Assembly: GCA_013239625.1 (NCBI GenBank)
Contig: MU055753.1
Span: forward strand, 3,830,153-3,894,152
DNA length: 64,000 nt
Direction: 5' to 3'
Source of the DNA: Lama guanicoe
Taxonomy: Eukaryota
Shown piece after piece: positions 37,801-49,800 of the stretch; position 1 is the stretch's first letter; every line of letters starts with the position of its first letter. The position numbers and the translations under genes are program-made. The notes under the pieces are model-generated. The model was not told the DNA's origin, made no database searches, and saw only the letters and a program-made list of their open reading frames with translations.

Positions 37801-40800
37801 AGTATTCTAAAAATACAAATATAAATACACCGCTCAAAAAAGGTTTCCATGGATGTGACCACACATTGAAGGGCTGCATGGGGAATCATTTCTTTCTTAT
37901 GCTTCCTATGTAATGTTTAAAACCTCAAGCAAATGAGGAGAAGCCTATCTCTTGGGTTCAGGCTCCAACCACATCCCAAGTCTGCTGGGGAGCCCCTGGT
38001 TGCCCCTCCTGTCTAGCAACAGTCTCTGTCCAGCACCACCACCCAAGTCTGACAGGTTAGGGTGACAAAGGAGTCACCAGGGGAAGGACACACACAGAGC
38101 TGATCACACTGCTGGCAGGGACCAAAATGTTCATGGACTTGGCAGGGGAAAATAGCTGTGGCGGACCACAAGCAGGATGGCTGAGAAACCAAAATGAGGC
38201 TCCTGATTAGCAGGATCACCCCTTCAGGACTCCAGAGTCAGCTGTGTGTCTCAAAGAGGCAGAAGGAGGGGCAGATAGATTGTCACTATATATATACAGA
38301 CACACACATATGTATATATATATTTTTTTCCTTTTTTTGGCTCAGGTTTTTAAAAGTTAGTAAGACTCTAGGGCACTTACTAACTTTTACAATAGAATAA
38401 ATAGAAGCTACTCCCCCAACCACCTACCCTGTAGCTCTCCAGGAATCACCTGCTACTCACTTTCGAGTGTTTCCCAGGCATTTCCTAACACAGACAGGGT
38501 CATGGTGCAAACTACCCAACACCCCCAGGACTCTTTCCTAACAGTGGCCTGCACCTTGACCCAGGCTAATTAGATGGTACAGCTGCTGGCTCTCTGGTAA
38601 TGGACCCAGTATTATTACCGCTGAGCATATACAACTCAAGCTGTAAGAGAAATTCCTCAGACATAGAATTTGGGCCTAGAAGTAGGTGCCCTTATTGTTG
38701 CCAAGGCGATTGATGAGCTACAGTTTATATACCAGAAAATGCAGACTTTAGGTTCGATGAATTTGGGCAAATGTCCTGGAACTATCATCCCAATCAAGGC
38801 ACAGAGGTGTCATTTTTTATTAAATTTACTTTGGAATGTGTCATGCACTTATGTAGTCAAGCTTCCAAGGAACAAGAGGCTGTGGCTGGAAGCATCTGCC
38901 CCATAAGCACCAGGCCCTGCCCAGAAGCACACACACTGGAAAGGGGAGTGCACGCCCCATACCTGGCGGGGACAAGTGGCTACTGGTACCCTGGTCAGCA
39001 CCCACCTGATGCTCAGCACGCACCAGACCATTCTCATGTGAACCTAAAACCCATTTTCAGAAAACTGATCCATCCTGCTCCCTCCAAGAAAGAGACAAGT
39101 GCCTGGCCAAACTCTTCCTGGTACTGGTCCGGCTGACCCCAAACCCCCAACTAAACAGAATGTTGCCCACCCCTGGCTCCCTCCACACACCCAGCCTGGG
39201 GGAACCGCACAGGGGCTGGCTCTCCCGCAGCAGTAGTAAAAGCCACAAGACAGTCCTGTGTAGCACAGGCGACAGCAGCCAGGAGTTGGCTGGTGGCTTT
39301 TGTGACCTGGATCCTGAGGGACTGACTGCAAGGCCTCTCTGGTCTTCACTGAGGGTGGGAGGGTGACAGGAAATACAAAACCTGACTTGGAAAGAAGGTT
39401 TTGCTAGTCTGTATGGTCAGGGGCTTTGCAAAGCCCCTTGCTGAAAGATCTGGGAAACACCTTCACCTCCACTGCCACCTGCCAAGCAGGATGGAAATGG
39501 ATGGCCAAGCACTGATAATGCAGTAGAGGACCCAAGGAAACCAGCCCCACCCCCAACCCCAGGCCTGAGATGTGCACTCGGGCTCCTCCAGCAAATGTCC
39601 TGAGGAACTACCATTCCAATCAAGGCACAGAGGTGTCTTGTTGCTTTTGGGCTCCTCCAGCCCAGAAGCGACAAGAACCTCCAGAATGAGCACAGAATTC
39701 GGCATAAGCAAGGATGCAAGGATGCATACACACCAACTGTCCTGGCTGCTTTGGACAGAATGTGGACGTGGTAACAGTATCCCTTCCCCAAAGTGTGTGC
39801 TCTGGCCATTGCCCAGGCTGTCAGATGTGTCCTCTGTCAGTCCCCGGTCCACTCTGCATTTACACTCAAAGCAAGCGGACAGCTGAGCCCACTTAGGTTT
39901 AATCTCCCAGGGCCTTTCTCAATATTTCCTAATCACCCTCTGTTATCATAACCCAAGGTAACTACTCCCCTTATCTCTTCATTTTTCATTATAAAAGTTA
40001 ACAGGTGTATCGCAGAAAAACTGAGAAATATTCAAAATCAAAGGGAAGACAACAGAACTTATCAGTGGTCCAGAGATAATGGATACCACCCCTCAGAATT
40101 TAGCTTTCTCACCTCCTTGTATGTATAAATTCATGCACGCAGTCCCTCCTTTACAAAAAGAGGGCCCGTGGGACACACACCTTGGCACATGAGCTCTCCC
40201 ATGTGTCTTCTGAGGACACTGGGCTGTGAGGAAGTTCTCCTTACTCAATCTCACATCTGGTGCAATCTGCACCCTGAGCACTTCTGTCTTTCTGATCATT
40301 TAAGATCAGCTGTTCCAGGTGGAAGTGCCAGGTTAAGCACCAGCTCCAAAGGCTCCTGATACTGGGCACACACTGAGGGATGGAGCTGGTGGACAGGAAG
40401 CACCATCGTCCACACCTCTGCAGGAGCTCCCAGGATGGAGCCGCCAAGCCTAGTACAAGTCTCCCCGGCCTCTCGCCACATCTGAGAGGCTCTGGCTCAG
40501 GAAGGCCCTGGGGAAAGGCTGGTAACATCAACACCTAAGCATACTGAGTCCAAGCCCTACTGCAGACTTTTGCCTGGTTCCTGCCCAGGTTCCATGGAGC
40601 AGAAAGAACAGCAAGATGGAGAGGTGCCTGGGCATCTGCAGACGTCATCGATTCCTGCTCACAAAGCCCTAACCAGGCTGCCCCCGTTCCTGCTGAGTGC
40701 ATCCCTACACAGCCCCATAGGCCCAAATGCCTCCTCCTCACACAAGTGTGATCCTGGCAGATCATCCCACCTAGGGGGCAGGGCTGGGCAGGGCTGACTG

Positions 40801-43800
40801 CGGGGGTCTCCACAGCAATTCCAGAAGCTGTAGGCCCACCCTGTGTCACAGGCAGGACTGGTCCCCAGACCCTGCATGTTGGAGCAGTGAGTCGACAGCG
40901 GGTCTGTTCACACAATTGCTTCATGCCCTCCCTCCAGGGACGAATCACCCACAGATTTGGTCAGCACACAAGTATGCCGTGGGGGGCCCAGGAGACACAA
41001 AGAGGGACGAGCAAATCCCCACACGCCCCTCAGTCCTCACATACCCAAGCAAGTCCCCACACCCCAAGCAAACCCCCACATTCCTCAGTGAGCCCCCTGG
41101 GACAGCCTCCATCTCTGGCTCCCTGCCGACAACCTGCCCGCCTAGGACCTGCAGTAATCCCTCCCAGCCCTTCCCACTGCGAGTGGCTTGGACTCAAAGT
41201 CCCCGCAGCCTGATTAGTGATCCAGCCCAGCTGGCCCTGGGAGCCCTTGCCCTGAGACCAACCTGGCTTCCCCAGCAGCCTCCTCACTCACTCAGCAAGT
41301 GGAGAAGTCACCTCGACTGAACCAGGTGATGGGGGACATCTCTACAGTATGGGGTCCCAGCACACCTCCTGCAGCAGCTCTGGGCAGTGGGGGCCACAGG
41401 AGCCCGTGAAGACACAGAGCTGGCTGTGGGGCCCTGGCACCCTCTGACAGCTGAGGCCCCTCCATTAGAGGGCAAACTTGTTTGGGCTCTTGGATGGAAG
41501 CCTAATGTTCAAATATCAAAACTTCTTGGGAAAGAATCCTGCAAGTGGGGTATCAGGTGGCCAACATGCATAAGGAGAGTGGCCCTACTGGAGAACAGCC
41601 CTGGCAGCACCCCTGGTCTTACCTGTGCGCCCCTGGAGTAGGACCTGAAGATGGTGCAGAACCTGCCCTGGCCCGACGTGTCCCTGAAACAAAGGAGGAT
41701 TGGGGATACAGCCCGAGGGACCCCAGCATGCACCGTGTGATCCCTGCAAGGCACTCGCCACCCATTCCTGTCCCACTCTGTGGGCCTGGGCACTCTGGAA
41801 GACTGCCCTGCGGGACTGGAGAACCTTAAACCTGTGCAAATTTACATCTTGACTTTGAGGCTCTGGAAATGCCCTTAACGTGGAGCTTAGCAAAGGCTGT
41901 GGAGATAGGGCCAGGGCCCCTGTGGAAATGAGTCTTTAAGGGCAAAAGGGAGCTAAGCTCTGTCAAGACAAGCAGCCCCAGACTGTCTGGGTCCTGCACC
42001 GCACTCCACTTCACATTCGCACAGGGGCGGTGTTAACAGCTACTCTAAGGGACACGTAAATGGGGTCCTTTCTGCTTCTTTAAGGATTCCCAACTTACTT
42101 TGCCAGCCATCCTGGCCCCACACAACAACTGAAGTGCAGTAGCCCCGCCCCGGGCACCTAGGTTGCACCACAGACTCACCAGAGCTCCAGCTTGACCCGC
42201 CGGCCGTCCAGAAGGATGGTGGTGGTCTTGTAGTCGATCCCTGCAAGGAAGCAGAGGGCAACTGAAGGAGCGCCATCTGGCCAGGGCCCAGTCCCTGTAG
42301 CTGAGCAGAAATGTGGCTCCAGCCCAGCGACCCCATATGGCTGCCCTCGTGTCATCCCAGAGGCCTGTGCTGGTGCTGATGGCACTGGCCAAAGGGAAGG
42401 CGGCCAGGCTGGGAACCAAACCACTTCAGGATAGCTACTCGGCTTTCTGAGTTCTTAGGTCCATTATAACTCCCAGGTCCTCACACTGGAGCATGTTTGG
42501 AGCACTGTCAAGGGTAAGGTAATTTCTAAAATGCCATTTCTCTGGAGCACTCTCTGGAGAATCTCTGCTTGCCATGTCTTTAGTTTTTACTTTTTTATAC
42601 TTTTATGCAAAAAAAAAAGAGTCAGTCCAAGAAAGGTTGGTGGGAGTGGAGGCAGTGCTGGACATTTTACCTTACATGTAAGATCTTCAGCTGGTTTATG
42701 GGACATCACAAAACTTCCTAAAAGCTGTCTTTCCTCCTCCTCTCTTAAGCCTTAAAAATGTCATCAGTTTCTTGGCTGTTTACCACACTTGTTCTAAGAA
42801 GGCTTGGAAATTGGTACTTTTAGCATGGATACTGCTCTCACACATTGTGTATGTGTATGCAAAGCCAACCTTAGAGCGCTGCATGTGTGGCTGCTACCAC
42901 GATGGTCCTTCCACCTGGCTGACTTCTAACTGTGTCAAAACCTGGCTCCTGTGCATCAAAAGACAACTCAAAAGAATGAAAATGCAGCCCACAAAATGGG
43001 AGACAGTATTTGCAAGTCAAATATCTGATAAGGGANNNNNNNNNNNNNNNNNNNNNNNNNNNNNNNNNNNNNNNNNNNNNNNNNNNNNNNNNNNNNNNNN
43101 NNNNNNNNNNNNNNNNNNNNNNNNNNNNNNNNNNNNNNNNNNNNNNNNNNNNNNNNNNNNNNNNNNNNNNNNNNNNNNNNNNNNNNNNNNNNNNNNNNNN
43201 NNNNNNNNNNNNNNNNNNNNNNNNNNNNNNNNNNNNNNNNNNNNNNNNNNNNAAAACAAAACCCAGAAAATAACCTGTATTGGTAAAGATGTGGAGAAAT
43301 CAGAACCTTTGTGCACTGATGGTGGGAATGGAAAATGGTGTAGCCACCATGGAAAACAATAATGGTAATTCCTCAAAGAATTAAACACAGAATTAGCATG
43401 TAATCCAAAAATTCCACTTCAGGTTTGTACCTCAAAAAAGTAAAAGCAGGGAATTAATATGTATGTATCTGCACACCTGTGTTCACTGCAGCATTAATCA
43501 CATTGTCAAACGTTGGATACAACCCAAGTGTCTATCAATGGAAGAATGAATAAGCAAAATGTGGTCCATCCACACAACAAAATATTATTCAACCTTAAAA
43601 ACGAAGGAAAGTCTGACACATGTTACAACATTGATGAACCTTGAAGACATTACACTCCATAAAATAAGACAGATGCAAGAGGACACATCCTGTTTGATTC
43701 CACTCCTATGAGGCCCAAAGAACAATCGGATTTAGAGACAAGAAAGGAGATCAGAGGTTGCCTTGGGCTAGAGGAGGGGTGGGGAATTAGTGCGCGGGGA

Positions 43801-46800
43801 CAGGTGTCAGTTGGAAAGAGGAAAAAGTTCCGGAAAGTAAACTCATTACTCATGACTTCAACTTCAGAAAGGACGACCAGTCCTCACCCTCCAGGGGCTT
43901 TGCTCAACGCTCCACCAAATGCCCAAAAGGAGATGGATGGTGATGAATATACTGACTGCCACTGAACTATACACCTAAAAATATTTAAAATGGTCAATTT
44001 TACATGGTGTGTATTTTACCACTATTTTTCTTTCTTCTGCACATATTCTCAAGCAAAATAAACATTCTTTAGGGGGAAACAGAACTCAGGCCTGTCTCCA
44101 CTGTCCTTCCTCTGCATTTGCCCCTCCCCCCAACTCTCTGCTGATAACCAGCTTCTCTGGGTGGACACTCTTAGAATTCTCTGTCAAACGGACGCTCCAA
44201 CTTGGCCCAGGACACCTTCCTTTCAGTCCTGGCTCTCCACCTGTGGTGAGCTGACTCCATGAGGACAGTGTTGAAACAGTGATTTCCAGGAAGGCTGTGG
44301 ATGTAGGCACCCATTCTCCAGGGGCCGTCACCTCCGTGCAGTCATGAGCCCAGTGAGCTTGGGCCATGGGGACTGGACAGGTGTCAGTTGGGAAGGCCAG
44401 CCCCCAGGAAAGGACCTCAAGGTCCACGGCTCAAGGGCATATCCTGGGCTGCTGGGAGGAGAGAGACATCCAGGAAGGGCCCAGGAGGAAGCAGGGGGCA
44501 GGGAGCTGTGCTGTTGCCCTTACTTGCCTCTGGGGAGGACGCCGGTCTCGGCGGTGGTGGCTCACTAGGCCTCCTCCCATAAATGGCACCGAGAGGCAGC
44601 TGGCGCCTCGCTGACCCACCTGCCTGAGTCCTGCCCAACTCATTACTCATGACTTCAACTTCAGAAAGGACGAATGGTCCCCACCCTCCAGGGGCTCTGC
44701 TCAACGCTCCACCAAATGCCCAAGAGGGACCTGTGGGGACAGGTACTCAGAGCTGGGAGCTGGCACCAAGGAGGGATCAGCTCTCTTCCCAAGCCACCCC
44801 CTCCCTGCCCCACTGCACAGCCCACCACCTGGGTCAGAGGGCTCATAGAGAACAGGACTTCCAGGGAAGAGACCACTAAATGACTCAGACTCACGGAAGG
44901 CAGCCGTTCTCTCTGAACACAACCTGCCCACGGGCCCTCCAGCCCCAGCTACAGCCTCTGGGGACAGGTGGCCTCCATGGCCTGGCTCGGGCACCCCCAG
45001 GAAGGCAGAGTGGCCTGTGTGAGGGGCCTGAGGAAAGTGGACGGCAGGTCCCTACAGTAGACAGCAGGAGCCAGCTGAGGATGGCCAGGGAGCCCAAAGG
45101 CTGACATGCTCACCCGGATATCAGAAACATCTCAAGTATATTCATCATGCTGGCTCTGCCTCTCACCTGCCCATCTCCCAAATCTGGATAAAAATGTAAG
45201 GTGTGCTTTATAAATGCATAGAAAATACAGACTCACCAAGTTCAGAGAAGCCTGCCCAGAGAGGCAGCATCTACCACCGTAAGGACAGCACCAGCCAGAT
45301 CTCACCACTGAACCAGCTCAGACAACTCTCAGAGCTTGACACTTCTTGCTGCAGAACTTCACAATTATCCCTGCCCCTGCTTCACCCCACCAGTCCTTAA
45401 AAAACAAGTAGCTTTTTGAGAAAGGGACGACCAGACGTTTCACTGCAAGCATTTAACACCTCGTACAGCACAGGCATGACCGTTGAGAATACACACCAGC
45501 TCTCCAGAGCCAGAGCAGCTGCCCCGTGCACACAGGCCCATGAAGTCTCTTGAGGGCTGGGCCCAGGCACTCAGTGGTGTGTCCAATGCACAAGGAGGCA
45601 GGAGCAGCTCACACATGGGGAGGGCTCAGGCCCTGGGACTGCAGACACTCCCTGGATGGACACAGGGCTTGGGAGGCCGCCAGGGTGAGGGGCCAGAGCA
45701 GACCACTTGTGTCCCTGCTGGGGGCTGTTCAGCCCTGATTTCAGCCTACTGTCCCTGAGCTGAGTTCAGAGGGGTCCCTGTCGACCCTCACAGCCTAGCT
45801 CTCTGAACTTAGCAGTGGCAGTGGCACCTGCCCTCCAAACTGTCAGCCTCCCTCACCTGACTGATACCCAAACTCATAGGAACATCTGTCTATTGTTTCA
45901 TAAGGTTCCTGAAAGGAGTGCAATTCACTTGACACAAGTGGCTTCTACATTCTGACCCTCTACCAGGCACCCAGCTGTCTTGTACCTGCACCCAGCCAAG
46001 AGCTGCAGCACATCCCCTCAGGGGCACGGGAGCCTCCAATTCCCACCAGCGTGCCCACACCCAGCTGGGGGTTCACACAGTGAAGACCTGGGGACCTCAT
46101 TCTGAGCCAAGACCCTGACTCAGCCCATGTGGCGTGTGTGCCCCTCCCTTCACTCCACGGTGTGCAGGGGTGCTACTACCTTGTGAATCACAGCAGACTG
46201 CCTTGTTTGTTCAGAATTTTACTAAGAGTTGTTCACCATTCAGGAAAAAAAAATCAACCATAGCCACAGCAGAGCAGGTACATTTTTTACTGTCACCTTC
46301 TCAGCATCAAGCACAACTGTCCCCAAGCACTGACTTACTCAACCACAAATGACTTTCTGACATAGGACAGCACCCCTTTCTTCCTCCTTTATGTTACAGG
46401 TGCACATACACATGTGTGTGTGTTTAGTTCTGAGCACGAGTAGGACAGATTACTAATTTCTTTCCTTTTCAAGACAATAAAGGGGATGCTTCAAAGCGTT
46501 GGTCCACAAGGGCCTGCCAGCCTCTGATGCAGTGTCCCTGCAACACTCTGTCCCTCCTGACGCTGTGTTCCTCCCACACCGTGTCCCTGCATCGCTGGCC
46601 TCACATCCAGCAGGGAGGAGCTGGGCACTGAGCAGCTCGCCAGCTTTGGGAAAACGCTGACAGAGGCTGGAGAAGCAGAGACACTACAACTAATTGCCTG
46701 GTTGCTGACTCTGCCACCCTTCCTAGAGGTGCTTCAGAGCACAGACTCAGGGAAGGGAGGAGCAGGAAAGAAGAATACTACAAAAAAGGGCATTCAAGTT

Positions 46801-49800
46801 TCATCCAGACAGCTGCCCACACTGTAGTGATCTGGGGAGTCCACCAGGCACCCACTCCCTCAGGCCCCCTAAGACCCACTTCCCCAGGGCTGTAAGCAAA
46901 GTTGCAGGGACATGCAGGAGGAAGGCTGAGGATGGGGGGCACTGACCAGCAGGACACAACCTCTGTCTTCTGCCTGCCCCTCTCCTCGGGAGTAGGACAT
47001 TTCCACTTGAGTGAAGCATCCCCGGCCATGTGGCCAGCCTAGCAAGGACAACCTGGTACAAGAGCCATTCTCCTCGGGCACCCTTTTCTCTCACTGCCAC
47101 AGCGTGGCAGGCCCTCCCCTCAGGCATCTCCCCACTCCCCACGTCTGCTGGCCCCAGCTCAGGACAACAGATCTCCAGAAAGCCCATCTTCACTCCATGT
47201 CTAGGAAGTTGCGAGGTGATTGGGGCGAAAGGAACAAACCAAGTTAGTTCTCAGCTGTCTGCCTAGACCTGCCCACTCAGCTGTATTTTGAGTGTGTGAG
47301 TCCAGACTGCGGAAGTTTCTAAACTCAGTTCTCCACTGCTCTGAGGCAGCAGGAGCTGTCAGGACAAAGCCCACTAGACACAGCCCGGCTGACCTGGAGG
47401 TGGAGGCACTTTCCACGCACCTATCCAGGCTCAATTTGGACCCACCTGGGGGAGTGGCAAGGAGGGTTGTCCTACCCCACACAGCATCCTTCCCAACCTC
47501 CCTTCAGTGTGAGGTCCAGTCTTCAGGAAAAAAAAGCCAACACTAAGTGTGTAACTATCCAGCTAATTTCCAACATGATTAAAAGCCATAGGAGAATTTC
47601 TTTTTTAAAAAGAATTTATTTATTTTGGTTTTTTGGGGTGTGGAAAGGTAATTAGCTTTATTAATTTAATGGAGGTACTGGGGTTCGAACTCATGACCTC
47701 GTGCATGCTAAGCATGTGCTCTATCAGTGAGTTATTCCCTCTTCCCAGCCATAAAAGAACTTCTTAAAAATTCAAAACAATTAATAAAAACTGAGTAATG
47801 AAAGATTGGATTAAAAATGAAAAAGATTGTGCTTTACATCAGAAATTGACATAACATTGTAAACTGACTATACTTCAATAAAAAAGTATATAAAAAATAA
47901 AATAAAAAGAATTGTAACAACAACAACAAAAAAGAATGAAAAAGAAAAAGCTAACTGATGCCTTCCTTTACATTGTTAAATCCAGCACCTGAAACTGGAA
48001 TGGTACTCCCTGTAGGCTGGACCCCAAGCGCAGCACCCTCGCAGCCTAGTAGGTGACCCTGCGGCTTCACAGGAGGCTTCAGATGCAGTGTGGTCCCCTA
48101 CCGTGGAGAAGATGCTGCTATGTCAAAAGCCAGGTTGTTGGTCTTCATGTAGAGCTCCCGGATCTCCCCTCCTGGCCCCTAGTCAGGCTCCTGTGTGTTT
48201 CCAACATCAAGCCAGCACACAGCATGAGGGCACTGCCCCCAAAACCCAAGACAGGCAGCCACCGTCCCTTGATGTTACTCCTTAGGGAGAGAAAATAAGG
48301 TCTCACCAAGTTCCCAGAGATAGACAAAAGCAAAAAAAGATCTGGGTCTTCTTGGAATCAGAAGTGTTCCATAACACAGGTGAACACGCAGAAGTGCCTG
48401 GAATCCACAGGCTAGCTGTGCAGGCAGCCCCAGGCACACAGGTGACCTCCTGACCAGCTGTCATACGTCTTCTGCCAAGGGGGAGACCACAGCACAGGCC
48501 TCTGCCAGGGTCATGTGTCTCTAGCCAGAGCATGCGCGAAGGGCAGAGGCAAGGCCTTGGCACAGTGTGGTGGGCATTCCCACCACTAAGCACACCCCTC
48601 TGCCAAGGGTGGTGGGAGCTAAGACTGGCTTCTGACTCCTAGATGGGACCAGGTGACAGATATCCCTCTGGAGTCACACCACACAAGACTGTCCCGTGGG
48701 CTCCATGAGGCTAGATGCCCCACAGAGAGGTCTGCGGCCAGGTGCTGACAATGAGCACACTTGAGCACAGTATGTGAGAGACCCAGGCCCAGATTCAGAT
48801 GCACAGAAACTGGGCACTAATAAGTGGGTGCTGTTTTAAGCCACTTGGTATTTCTTGGTCGGCTCAGGTGGCTAGGACAGAATTCCACAGCTGGGGAATT
48901 ACAAACAGCAGATGTTTATTTCCTACTGTCTGGAGGTTGGAAGTCCAAGACCACAGCACCTGCAGACTCTGTGTCTGACAGGGGCAGATTCCTGGTTCAG
49001 GGACGGTGCTGTCTTCCTGCAATGTTCTTGCATGATGGAGAGGGCAAGGGAGTTCTCTGGGATCACTAAGGACACCAATTCACCCTCCTGACCTGATCAC
49101 CTTCTGAAGACCCCACCTCCAAACACCAGCACCTTGGGGGTCAGGTATAAATGTGTGAATTTGGGGGGACACACATTCAGTTTCCAGCAGTAACTAACCC
49201 CAGCAGGACTGAACAGAAATGCAAACATGCACTCCTCTGATCAGACTACAAAAATCTATCAACACAAAACAACAAAAAGAACTTTTCATGAAGTTGTGGT
49301 GGGCCGAGGAAAGGCCCCCAAAGATGTCCCCATCCTAGTCCCTGGAACCTGTGACCATGCTTCCTAAGGGGCAAAGGGGCTTTGCTGATGTGACCTCAGT
49401 TATGGTCCTCAAGGGGAGAGGATCCTGGGTTACCCGGGTGGGGCAATGTCATCAAGAGTCCTTACAAGTGGGGACCCTTTTCTGGTGAGTCAGAGAGATG
49501 AGATGGAAGAAGGGACCTGAGCTGGCTTTGCAGAGGGAGGAGGGGACTCGTACAGAGTGCAGGAAACTGGGACAACCCTCCGTTTACAGCCAGCAAGGAA
49601 ACAGGGCCCTCGGTCCCACACCTTGACTGCTCACCACACCTTCAGGACTGTAAGATGACGGGCACAGCAGCAACAGAGAAGGAACATCCAAGTGCACAAG
49701 CAACTAAAGGCCATTTATCTCAGCTTCATTTTCTATTATAGGTAAACTGGGTACAGGCTAACAATCCATCCCCTCAGGAAGGTTAGGTAACGGCAGGAGA

